DNA of 32,000 nt. It comes from Candidatus Nanosynbacter sp. BB002 (GTDB lineage: Bacteria > Patescibacteriota > Saccharimonadia > Saccharimonadales > Saccharimonadaceae). A program made the position numbers and the translations under genes. The DNA lies in NCBI RefSeq assembly GCF_037013405.1, contig NZ_CP146064.1, positions 150,001-182,000 on the forward strand, read 5' to 3'. Position 1 is the stretch's first letter. Every line of letters starts with the position of its first letter. Positions 5,707-13,336 of the stretch are shown in pieces. The notes under the pieces were generated by a model. It saw only the letters and a list, made by a program, of their open reading frames with translations, was not told the origin of the DNA and did not search any database.

Positions 5707-8700
5707 TGAAATTCAAACACGGCGTACGCCGCCGAGCAGCAGAATATGAAAAGGATTGGGTGCAGCGCTGGAAGGACGACCGGACGTTCCAAAAGTCGGT
5801 GGCGCAGCGGCCGGCGGATAATGCGTATGTCTTTTATGATGGGCCGCCGTTTATCACCGGTGTGCCACATCACGGAACGCTGCTCAGCAGTATTGTGAAG
5901 GACGCCGTGCCACGCTATTGGACAATGAAGGGTAAGCGCGTGGAGCGCCGTTGGGGCTGGGATTGCCATGGTCTACCGGCGGAGAATTTCGTCGAAAAGC
6001 AGCTGAATATTACCGACCGGCGGCAGATTGTGATGTGCCCGGGCCAGCCGGCACCGCTGGATAAAGACGGTCAGCCACTGCCGACCATCAGCCTGGAAAA
6101 ATACATCACCAAGGCGCGCGAAAGCATGGTGGCGAATAGCGAGACGTGGCAGGGTGTGATCGACCGGATTGGCCGCTGGGTGGACTTTACGGGCGCTTAC
6201 CGCACCATGGATAAGGACTTTATGGAGAGCGTTTGGTGGGCCTTTAAACAGCTGTATGAGGCTGGCAAAATCTACGAAGGCGAAAAGGTGCTGATGTATG
6301 ACACCAAGTTCGCCACCCCTGTCAGCAAGGCCGAAGTAACCATGGACAACGACGCCTACCAGACGGTGACCGACCCGAGTGTGTATGTGAAGTTTAAGTT
6401 AAAAGATGGTAAGACGAGCCACAAAATAGTATTAAGTGAACACTCAAAAGTCTTGTTTGTATGTAATGCAAATGCTGCTCGCTCGCAGATGGCGCAGGGA
6501 TTTTATAACCACTATTCTGGCTCTCAAAATGCCGATTCTGCTGGGTTGAACCCAGAGAAAAAATGGGGCGAAGCTCCAACATTGAGTGATTTTGAAACTA
6601 TGAGCCGCAAGCCAGCCAGAAGTAGTGAGACGATGCAAGAAGTGGGTATTGACATCACTGGACATAAGCGGCAGCTGCTTACCGCCGATAAGCTGGGTGA
6701 TTATGATTTGATCGTTAATCTAGCGGAGAAATCCCAGACACCGGACTGGCTCAGGGGTGATAATATTATTTGGTGGGATGTGGCTGATCCACGTAACGAG
6801 AGTGTAGAAAAAAATCGGATAGCGCGTGATGAAATTGAGCAGCGAGTAAAGCAACTTTTGAACGGTGAAATAGTTGATGATGCACAAAAGCCAGCAGGCT
6901 TTGACGAATGCGAGAGGAGTTATGTTGGCGCTTTGTTGGTGGATACAAATGGCAAACTCATTGCACAACAACGAGACGATAAGTCAGAAATCACAAACCC
7001 AGGCATGGTGAGCCTCTTTGGTGGGACGAGCCACGAGGGCGAGTCGCCAATTGAGACGCTACGCCGTGAGCTTCAGGAGGAGCTTGAGCTTGAAGTAAGC
7101 TCGAATAATCTTTTGCTGCAAACTGTCAAGCACGAAAATGGAACAAATGTTGCATGTTCCATCTATATTGTGACTGGTGTTGATGCTGAGAAGCTAGAAT
7201 TACATGAGGGTGCAGGATTTGCTATGGGTACGCCAGAAGAGCTGCTGAGCCGCCCTGTGACAGCCGTGACTCAGCAGGCGATTGAAGCGTTTGTTGAAGC
7301 TCAAGATTCTGTATCTGTCCTGGCCTGGACCACTACCCCGTGGACGCTCCCAGCCAACCTGATGCTGGCGGTTAATCCGGAGATGACGTACTGCGAAGTG
7401 CTGGTGGGGGGTGAGAAGCTAATCATCGCTGAGGAAGCGTTGGGACGCACCCTGCAGGACGAAAAGCACCATCCACTAGATTACAAAGTATTGCGCACAT
7501 TCCCCGGCAGTGAATTGGTCGGCAAGAAATACCAGCCGCTCGATACGGGCTCGACTTGGCCAGAAAATGACAAGATCCACACCATTTACGCGGCGGATTT
7601 CGTCTCGCACGAGTCGGGTACGGGCATCGTGCACATTGCGCCGGCTTATGGTGAGGACGATTTTGAGCTCGCCAAACGCTATGGTGTCAGTGCTTTCCAT
7701 GTCATCGATGATAATGGCTACTACACCGATGGTAATTATAAGGGCCTGGAGGTGTGGGACAACAACAAATTCATCGCCAAAGATCTGAAGGAAAAGGGCG
7801 CGGTGTGGAAGATTGAGTATATTCGCCACGAATATCCGTTTAACCCGCGTAGCAAGCAGCGCATCATGTACCGGGCTATCCCCAGTTGGTTCTTTGACAT
7901 TCAGGGGCAAAAGCCGCTGATGCTGGAGCAGAACGAGCATATCAATTGGTTTCCAGGCCATCTGAAGCACGGCCGCTTTGCCAAGAACATCGAGCAAGCG
8001 CCGGACTGGAACCTGAGCCGCGACCGCTTCTGGGCGACGGCCATGCCGGTGTGGAAGGGTGACCGCGGCACCGTTAAGGTGGTCGGCTCGTATGCGGAGC
8101 TCAAGGAGCTGAGCGGCGTGGAGCTGGATGATTACCACCGCCCGTGGGTGGATGATATCACCTTTGAAATTGACGGCGAGAAATTTACGCGCATTGACAA
8201 GGTACTGGACTGTTGGTTTGAGTCAGGTTCTATGCCGTTTGCGCAGCTGCACTATCCGTTTGAAAACCAGGCCAAGTTTGAGCAGAATTACCCAGCGGAC
8301 TTCATCGTTGAGTACATCGGCCAGGTGAGGGCATGGTTCTACTACGTGCATGCCGTCAACGCCGCCTTGGCGGAAATTGGTGCCTTTGGTCAGGCCGGCG
8401 CCCAGCACAAAAACGCCTACAGCAACGTCATTACCACTGGTGTGGTGGCGGGCAATGACGGCCGCAAGATGAGTAAGTCCTTAGGTAACTTTACCGACCC
8501 GAACGAGCTGATGGATAAGTTTAGTGCCGATAGTTTACGCTTCTTGCTGCTGAGCAGTCCGCTGCTGAACGGCGAGGACTTTGCCTTGCACGATAAGGAC
8601 GTTGGTGACGTGGCGCGTAAGCTCAGTATGATTTGGAATATGTATGATTTCTTTACCATGTATGCGGAAGTCGATGGCTGGGAATTTAGTGGTGAGCTGA

Positions 8701-9614
8701 AAGATCCGCTTGGCGAGTTGACGAATCCGCTGGATGTCTGGATTGTTAGTCGTCTGCATCAGCTGGTAGCAGAAGTTGAGCGTCACATGGATACCTACAA
8801 TATCCCTGACGCGCTGAGCCCGATATTGCCGTTCCTGGACGACGCGTCTAACTGGTATGTTCGCCGTAGCCGTCGCCGCTTCTGGAAATCTGAGGATGAT
8901 GGCGATAAGAACGATGCGTACCGCACGCTACATTATGTGCTGGTGCGTCTGAGCTACATCTTGGCGCCATTTACGCCGTTTTTGGCTGAGGAGTTGTATC
9001 GCAATTTGACGGGCGATAATGAATCGATTCACTTGAAGGATTGGTTGCCGGCGGGTGAAGTCAATGATCAGGTGTTGGCCGATATGTACCGGACACGCGA
9101 ATTGATCAACAACGGCCTTAGTTTGCGTATGAAGCAGGATGAGCATCAGGTGTCGATCAAGGTTCGCCAGCCGCTGCAATGTGCGGCATATGCGGGTGCA
9201 AAGCTGGCTGAGTACTACGAACAGATCATGGCCGAGGAGCTAAATGTTAAGGAAATTCGCTGGATTGAGAGTCTAGACGAGCATCTGGCGGACTATGATG
9301 TGACTGAGGGCGTGATCAAGCCAGAGAGCTGGGTAGAAATTAGTAAGCACTTAACGCCCGAACTCAAACGCGAGGGTCTGATGCGTGAAGTCATTCGCCA
9401 CGTCCAGAGTGCGCGTAAAAAAGCGGGGCTACAGGTGGATGATCGGATTATGCTGCAGCTGATGACGGATGACGAGCAGCTCCGTCAAGCGATTGATGAG
9501 CATGCGGAGGTGATTGCTGCTGAGACATTGGCAACCTTTGGGCAAAGCGACGCGTATTCAACCACGGTTGTGATAGAAGGTGCAGAGCTGCAGATTACGC
9601 TTCAGCGCCAGTAA
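5703..9614 (+). CDS. ileS: Isoleucyl-tRNA synthetase (type-2-like) carrying a ~300-aa in-frame insertion
   Basis: PPFITGVPHHGT (HIGH region), WTTTPWTLP and GTGIVHIAPAYGEDD (CP1 editing), WNLSRDRFWATAMPVW, KMSKS (GRKMSKSLGN), and no C-terminal zinc-finger. SD AAGGAG at 5692-5697. At 1303 aa it is about 300 aa longer than the core motifs account for. Confidence 0.95.
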   Translation: MMKFKHGVRRRAAEYEKDWVQRWKDDRTFQKSVAQRPADNAYVFYDGPPFITGVPHHGTLLSSIVKDAVPRYWTMKGKRVERRWGWDCHGLPAENFVEKQLNITDRRQIVMCPGQPAPLDKDGQPLPTISLEKYITKARESMVANSETWQGVIDRIGRWVDFTGAYRTMDKDFMESVWWAFKQLYEAGKIYEGEKVLMYDTKFATPVSKAEVTMDNDAYQTVTDPSVYVKFKLKDGKTSHKIVLSEHSKVLFVCNANAARSQMAQGFYNHYSGSQNADSAGLNPEKKWGEAPTLSDFETMSRKPARSSETMQEVGIDITGHKRQLLTADKLGDYDLIVNLAEKSQTPDWLRGDNIIWWDVADPRNESVEKNRIARDEIEQRVKQLLNGEIVDDAQKPAGFDECERSYVGALLVDTNGKLIAQQRDDKSEITNPGMVSLFGGTSHEGESPIETLRRELQEELELEVSSNNLLLQTVKHENGTNVACSIYIVTGVDAEKLELHEGAGFAMGTPEELLSRPVTAVTQQAIEAFVEAQDSVSVLAWTTTPWTLPANLMLAVNPEMTYCEVLVGGEKLIIAEEALGRTLQDEKHHPLDYKVLRTFPGSELVGKKYQPLDTGSTWPENDKIHTIYAADFVSHESGTGIVHIAPAYGEDDFELAKRYGVSAFHVIDDNGYYTDGNYKGLEVWDNNKFIAKDLKEKGAVWKIEYIRHEYPFNPRSKQRIMYRAIPSWFFDIQGQKPLMLEQNEHINWFPGHLKHGRFAKNIEQAPDWNLSRDRFWATAMPVWKGDRGTVKVVGSYAELKELSGVELDDYHRPWVDDITFEIDGEKFTRIDKVLDCWFESGSMPFAQLHYPFENQAKFEQNYPADFIVEYIGQVRAWFYYVHAVNAALAEIGAFGQAGAQHKNAYSNVITTGVVAGNDGRKMSKSLGNFTDPNELMDKFSADSLRFLLLSSPLLNGEDFALHDKDVGDVARKLSMIWNMYDFFTMYAEVDGWEFSGELKDPLGELTNPLDVWIVSRLHQLVAEVERHMDTYNIPDALSPILPFLDDASNWYVRRSRRRFWKSEDDGDKNDAYRTLHYVLVRLSYILAPFTPFLAEELYRNLTGDNESIHLKDWLPAGEVNDQVLADMYRTRELINNGLSLRMKQDEHQVSIKVRQPLQCAAYAGAKLAEYYEQIMAEELNVKEIRWIESLDEHLADYDVTEGVIKPESWVEISKHLTPELKREGLMREVIRHVQSARKKAGLQVDDRIMLQLMTDDEQLRQAIDEHAEVIAAETLATFGQSDAYSTTVVIEGAELQITLQRQ
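6447..6872 (+). other. LMW-PTP/ArsC-superfamily phosphatase domain embedded in IleRS
   Basis: KVLFVCNANAARSQMAQGFY is a C-X5-R-(S/T) P-loop (Cys254, Arg260) with the RSQMA context of the ArsC/LMW-PTP family. DSAGL follows, then the DP general-acid loop (WWDVADPRNES) and a C-terminal helix (RDEIEQRVKQLL). It lacks the two downstream Cys of thioredoxin-coupled ArsC. Confidence 0.7.
6913..7300 (+). other. Nudix hydrolase domain embedded in IleRS
   Basis: Nudix box G-x5-E-x7-R-E-U-x-E-E-x-G-U is matched by GTSHEGESPIETLRRELQEELELEV (about 7022-7096). Only the penultimate G is replaced, by E. The flanking beta-strand-like segments (YVGALLVDTNGKLIAQQR, ACSIYIVTG) fit the fold. Confidence 0.75.
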
Positions 9615-9641
9615 TTCATCTGCTAAATAATGTGGCTGGTA

Positions 9642-9670
9642 TTGACGTATTGATAATAATGTGCTATCAT
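9642..9670 (+). promoter_or_regulatory. Candidate promoter (TTGACG-17-TGcTATCAT)
   Basis: TTGACG at 9642-9647. Extended -10 TGCTATCAT at 9662-9670, 28 nt upstream of ATG 9699. Confidence 0.45.
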
Positions 9671-9698
9671 ATTTTAGGTAGATTGATAAAACAAACAT

Positions 9699-9902
9699 AT
9701 GAAAGTTACATTTTTTCATCCACGCATTCAGTTTGAACCGATTGATCCATTGGCTGATGGCTTGGGGGAGGAAATTGCGCGTGAACAGCAAGAACCTCAG
9801 GCTATTCGCTTGGATCAATCAGATATTACTGATATCCAACGCTTTTGGACTGATGTTGAAGAAGACCTCCACAGAGGCAACTCAGTAGAATTTTCTGAAT
9901 AA
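9699..9902 (+). CDS. Small acidic hypothetical protein (67 aa)
   Basis: An ORF with its own good promoter that fills an otherwise 325-nt gap. No recognisable motif and no clear SD. Confidence 0.4.
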   Translation: MKVTFFHPRIQFEPIDPLADGLGEEIAREQQEPQAIRLDQSDITDIQRFWTDVEEDLHRGNSVEFSE

Positions 9903-9925
9903 CTCACGTCAGTAGTAACCGTTAG

Positions 9926-9934
9926 TGCTATAAT
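9926..9934 (+). promoter_or_regulatory. Extended -10 promoter (TGcTATAAT) 6 nt upstream of ATG 9941
   Basis: TGCTATAAT at 9926-9934. No SD, so the geometry is leaderless. Confidence 0.45.
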
Positions 9935-9940
9935 TGGTAC

Positions 9941-11269
9941 ATGTTTGCAATCGAAGTGATGTCGCTATTGGCACGAGCAGGTGGTGGCGGAAGTAGTTCT
10001 GGCGGCGGCTCTGGTGGTGGCGGAATTTTTGCGCTACCTGCAGTTGTAGCTGCTGGCGTAGCTGGTTTTATTCGCTCAAAAACAGGTTCCAAGGCTGCTG
10101 GCGTGGCAGTGGGTATGGCGGCTGGAACCGTGGTTAGTTTGTTGTATCTTTGGGGCGGTACATTCGCTTTCATCGTGGCGATGATATCTACTGTCATCGG
10201 TGCCTTTGGTGGGGCGTGGGCTGATAAACTAGGTCGTTTCCGGAAAGGCAGTGCGGCAGCGCAACGGTCCGTGCAGCAAGCGGCGGCTTCGGACGCGGTG
10301 TGGAGCCCAGAGCGGTTAACGGAATACGCAGTATCAATTTTTGGCAAGTTCCAGCACGACTGGCAGCAGATGGACGTAGCGTCAATTCGGACTTACACCA
10401 CACAGCGATACGCAAATCACATCAGTCTGATGTTGTACGCCTTGCAGCAAATGGGCCGCACAAATCGCATGAGTAACATTCGCATCAAGGAAGTTATCAT
10501 CACGTCTGCTCATGACGATGCCAATGACCAGCAAGACCGTGTTAGTTTTGGTATTTTGGCTCAGGCAAATGATCAATTGATCGATACAGCAAGTGGTGAT
10601 GTTTTGACTGCGACGACAGAGGAGTTTGGCGAACAATGGAACTTTGTGCGCCATGAAAACACTTGGCTACTAGACAGCATCGATCAAGCGACGGAAGAGG
10701 AAAGCATGCTAGTGCGGTCTTTGAGGCAATTTGCTGTTGATAACAGGATGTACTTTAGCCCAGACTGGGGTAATCTACTGCTGCCAACCAGAGGTCAGTT
10801 GTTTAAGGCTGGGTTTAAGAATGCAGACATTAACAACCATATCATTGGCTTCTGGACAGGTGATTTGTTGGTCCAGTTATATACCTATCGCACCAAAGAA
10901 GACGAGTCAGGCGACCAATACGTGGTCGGGCAAATCAATCTGCCAAAATCATATGGTGGAATTTTAGTGGAGAGGCGCGGTAAACTCCTGTCGCGTCTGA
11001 AAGCTCCACGTGGATATAACAAAGTGTCTTTGGAATGGGGCGATTTCAATAAACGCTATCAAGTGTATGCGACTGACGAAAATCAAGTGACAAGTTTTGA
11101 GCTGCTCAATCCATCTTTTATGGCGTGGTTATACGACCAAGATATCAAAGTGAACATTGAAGTGGTTGACGATGTTGTGTATCTCTACGCAAAACTAAGC
11201 GCCAATGAGCAGCGCTACGAGGCAATGTTGGAAATTTTGAAGCGAAGCCACAAAGAACTAAAGATGTAA
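9941..11269 (+). CDS. Membrane protein with a Gly-rich N-terminus, a Tim44-like domain and an uncharacterised C-terminal domain
   Basis: The N-terminus has GGGGSSSGGGSGGGG plus 2-3 TM helices. The central region (WSPERLTEYAVSIFGKFQHDWQQMD...WNFVRHENTWLLDSIDQ) resembles the Tim44-like/NTF2-like fold. The C-terminal ~190 aa is unassigned. Confidence 0.55.
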   Translation: MFAIEVMSLLARAGGGGSSSGGGSGGGGIFALPAVVAAGVAGFIRSKTGSKAAGVAVGMAAGTVVSLLYLWGGTFAFIVAMISTVIGAFGGAWADKLGRFRKGSAAAQRSVQQAAASDAVWSPERLTEYAVSIFGKFQHDWQQMDVASIRTYTTQRYANHISLMLYALQQMGRTNRMSNIRIKEVIITSAHDDANDQQDRVSFGILAQANDQLIDTASGDVLTATTEEFGEQWNFVRHENTWLLDSIDQATEEESMLVRSLRQFAVDNRMYFSPDWGNLLLPTRGQLFKAGFKNADINNHIIGFWTGDLLVQLYTYRTKEDESGDQYVVGQINLPKSYGGILVERRGKLLSRLKAPRGYNKVSLEWGDFNKRYQVYATDENQVTSFELLNPSFMAWLYDQDIKVNIEVVDDVVYLYAKLSANEQRYEAMLEILKRSHKELKM

Positions 11270-11278
11270 GGAGAAATC

Positions 11279-12097
11279 ATGATCACTAAAGCTATCATTC
11301 CAGTTGCTGGTTGGGGTACGCGGATGTTACCGATTACCAAATCAATCGAAAAGTGTATGCTGCCGGTGGGGACGCGGCCAGTGGTTGATTATATCGTGCA
11401 GGATATTGTTCGGGCTGGTGTGGAGGATATTTATTTCGTGGTGGGCGAGCAGAGTACTCAGGTGCAAAGCTATTATCGGTCAAATATTCAGCTGAACGAT
11501 TATCTGCGACGTGCCGGTAAAGAAGATAAATTACCTCTAGTAGCGCCGCTACGCGACGTGCGAATACATTTTTTAACTCAGCCAAGCACTGGTGGTTATG
11601 GCACGAGTATCCCAGTGGGCTTGGCGAGCGAATTTATCGAACCGGGCGAATCGGCCTTTGTGGTGATGGGCGATCAATTTTTCTGGCGTAGCGATGGCGG
11701 TTCAAATGCCGCTGATTTGGCAGAGTTGGTGGAGGCGCGTGGCTTGTCGGCTGGTTTATTAGGTAATTCTGTTGAGGAGTCGTTTATCCCACACACCGGT
11801 ATCATCGAAACCGACCAGCAGGGTAATTTTGTCCGCATCATTGAAAAACCGAAGCTAGAAGAAGCGCCGAGCAACCTCAATAATTCAAGCTTTTACATTC
11901 TCAACAAAGAAATTTTCGAGTTAGCACGGACATTACCCGCCAATCCGCAACGCGGTGAATTTGAGCTGACCGACGCTATCAACGCGTACATCGCGGGCGG
12001 CGGTATTATCGCGGTTGGCGAGGCCAAGGGCGACTACATGGAGTGCGGCTCGCCAAGTGGCTGGCTGCGGGCAAATAATGCTATGGCCGAGCTATAG
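11279..12097 (+). CDS. galU: UTP-glucose-1-phosphate uridylyltransferase-like sugar nucleotidyltransferase
   Basis: N-terminal KAIIPVAGWGTRMLPITKSIEKCMLPV (G-x-G-T-R nucleotide-binding loop), VVMGDQF and IEKPK motifs. SD AAGGAG upstream. Confidence 0.8.
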   Translation: MITKAIIPVAGWGTRMLPITKSIEKCMLPVGTRPVVDYIVQDIVRAGVEDIYFVVGEQSTQVQSYYRSNIQLNDYLRRAGKEDKLPLVAPLRDVRIHFLTQPSTGGYGTSIPVGLASEFIEPGESAFVVMGDQFFWRSDGGSNAADLAELVEARGLSAGLLGNSVEESFIPHTGIIETDQQGNFVRIIEKPKLEEAPSNLNNSSFYILNKEIFELARTLPANPQRGEFELTDAINAYIAGGGIIAVGEAKGDYMECGSPSGWLRANNAMAEL

Positions 12098-12126
12098 AAA
12101 AACTAGTTGCATGTATCGCCCGTCTC

Positions 12127-12135
12127 TGTTATAAT
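12127..12135 (+). promoter_or_regulatory. Extended -10 promoter (TGtTATAAT) for rplU
   Basis: TGTTATAAT at 12127-12135, followed by a ~35-nt leader with an AAGGAA SD before ATG 12171. Confidence 0.4.
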
Positions 12136-12170
12136 TGGTCACTGATAGTAAATATATTGCAAGGAACGAA

Positions 12171-12476
12171 ATGAAAGCAGTCGTAAAAATCTCTGGCAAG
12201 CAATACATTGTCAGCGAAAAAGAGTCCCTCTTGGTGGATCTCCTCCCTGAAGGCACAAAAGAACTCACTCTCGACGCACTTTTAGTGATTGATGGTGATA
12301 AAACAAAAGTTGGCACACCAACCGTAAAAGGTGTGGTAGTGAAGGCAAAAGTTGCTGAAGCAGAAGTCAAGGGCGATAAAATCCGCGTCATCCGCTACAA
12401 AAGCAAAAAACGCGTTCACAAAGAAACTGGTCATCGCCAGAAATACACCAAGATTCAGATTACGTCAATCAAATAA
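12171..12476 (+). CDS. rplU: 50S ribosomal protein L21
   Basis: MKAVVKISGKQYIVSEKE...IRVIRYKSKKRVHKETGHRQKYTKIQI is typical bL21. Start trimmed from the ORF-track TTG at 12135. Confidence 0.9.
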   Translation: MKAVVKISGKQYIVSEKESLLVDLLPEGTKELTLDALLVIDGDKTKVGTPTVKGVVVKAKVAEAEVKGDKIRVIRYKSKKRVHKETGHRQKYTKIQITSIK

Positions 12477-12485
12477 TTGAAAGAG

Positions 12486-12512
12486 CCGCTTCCATCAGAG
12501 AAGCGGTTTTTT
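12486..12512 (+). terminator. Rho-independent terminator after rplU
   Basis: CCGCTTC (12486-12492), 7-nt loop, GAAGCGG (12500-12506), then TTTTTT. Confidence 0.75.
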
Positions 12513-12538
12513 GATGTCTGTTATTTCTGTTTTGCTCA

Positions 12539-12547
12539 TGCTATAAT
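12539..12547 (+). promoter_or_regulatory. Extended -10 promoter (TGcTATAAT) for parA
   Basis: TGCTATAAT at 12539-12547. The leader carries an AAGGGGA SD before ATG 12572. Confidence 0.4.
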
Positions 12548-12571
12548 TAAGGCAGGTAAGAAGGGGAACGA

Positions 12572-13336
12572 ATGACAAAAATCATTGCGGTGACAAATCA
12601 AAAAGGCGGCGTTGGCAAGACAACGACAAGTGTTAATGTTGCGTATTATTTGGCAAAAAGTGGTAAGAAAACATTGCTGATAGATTTTGACCCTCAGGGC
12701 AACGCGACCAGTGGTCTGGGGATTGATAAGTCCAATCTATCGCGCACGATGACCGAGGTGATCACCGGTCAGGCGACACTACAAAGCGCCATCATTCAAA
12801 CAGAATATAAAAATTTAGCGTTGGCTCCATCTACGCCGCATTTGGCAAATACTGAGGTCGAGTTGGCGCAGGCTGAGGGTCGGTTCATCAGGCTACGGCG
12901 CGCAATCAACAATCTACAGGGGTATTATGACTACATCATCATCGATAGTCCGCCAAGTTTGAGCCTGCTGACGGTTAATGGTTTGATTGCGGCAAACTAT
13001 ATCTTATTGCCAGTGCAGGCAGAGTTTTACGCACTGGAGGGGCTGGGTCAATTACTGGAAACCATGAAATTGATACGCAAGGGACTCAATCCACAACTGG
13101 ACTTGCTGGGTGTGTTGCCAACCATGATGGACAGCCGCACGACACTGTCGACACAGGTTCACGATGAAATCAAAAAGCATTTTCCAGATCGGGTTTTCCA
13201 AACGACTATTCCACGAAATATTCGCTTAGCTGAAGCGCCAAGCCATGGACTGCCAGTTGGCGCGTATGACCGCTTCTCCAAGGGTGCACGAGCATACAAG
13301 GCGCTGACCAAGGAGATCATAGGGAGGATTGGCTGA
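12572..13336 (+). CDS. parA: Chromosome partitioning ATPase ParA/Soj
   Basis: Deviant Walker A NQKGGVGKTTT, IIIDSPPSL, and the C-terminal RLAEAPSHGLPV. Confidence 0.93.
   Translation: MTKIIAVTNQKGGVGKTTTSVNVAYYLAKSGKKTLLIDFDPQGNATSGLGIDKSNLSRTMTEVITGQATLQSAIIQTEYKNLALAPSTPHLANTEVELAQAEGRFIRLRRAINNLQGYYDYIIIDSPPSLSLLTVNGLIAANYILLPVQAEFYALEGLGQLLETMKLIRKGLNPQLDLLGVLPTMMDSRTTLSTQVHDEIKKHFPDRVFQTTIPRNIRLAEAPSHGLPVGAYDRFSKGARAYKALTKEIIGRIG

Noticed and set aside
6411-7310. Whether the ileS insertion is an intein or mobile homing element
   Set aside because: The junctions do not have the expected Cys/Ser/Thr at the N-terminal splice site or His-Asn followed by Cys/Ser/Thr at the C-terminal site. 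No LAGLIDADG or HNH endonuclease motifs are visible. The segment is fully explained by phosphatase and Nudix domains. I saw no flanking direct or inverted repeats.
7476-8138. 220-aa minus-strand ORF inside ileS, plus other antisense ORFs at 6394-6971 and 8223-9179
   Set aside because: They lie entirely within strongly motif-supported ileS coding sequence. Long antisense ORFs are expected in GC-rich coding DNA. No promoter or SD is present.
9928-10347. 139-aa minus-strand Pro/Ala-rich ORF
   Set aside because: It is the mirror of the Gly-rich N-terminus of the 9941 gene. The plus-strand ORF is far longer and has a promoter.
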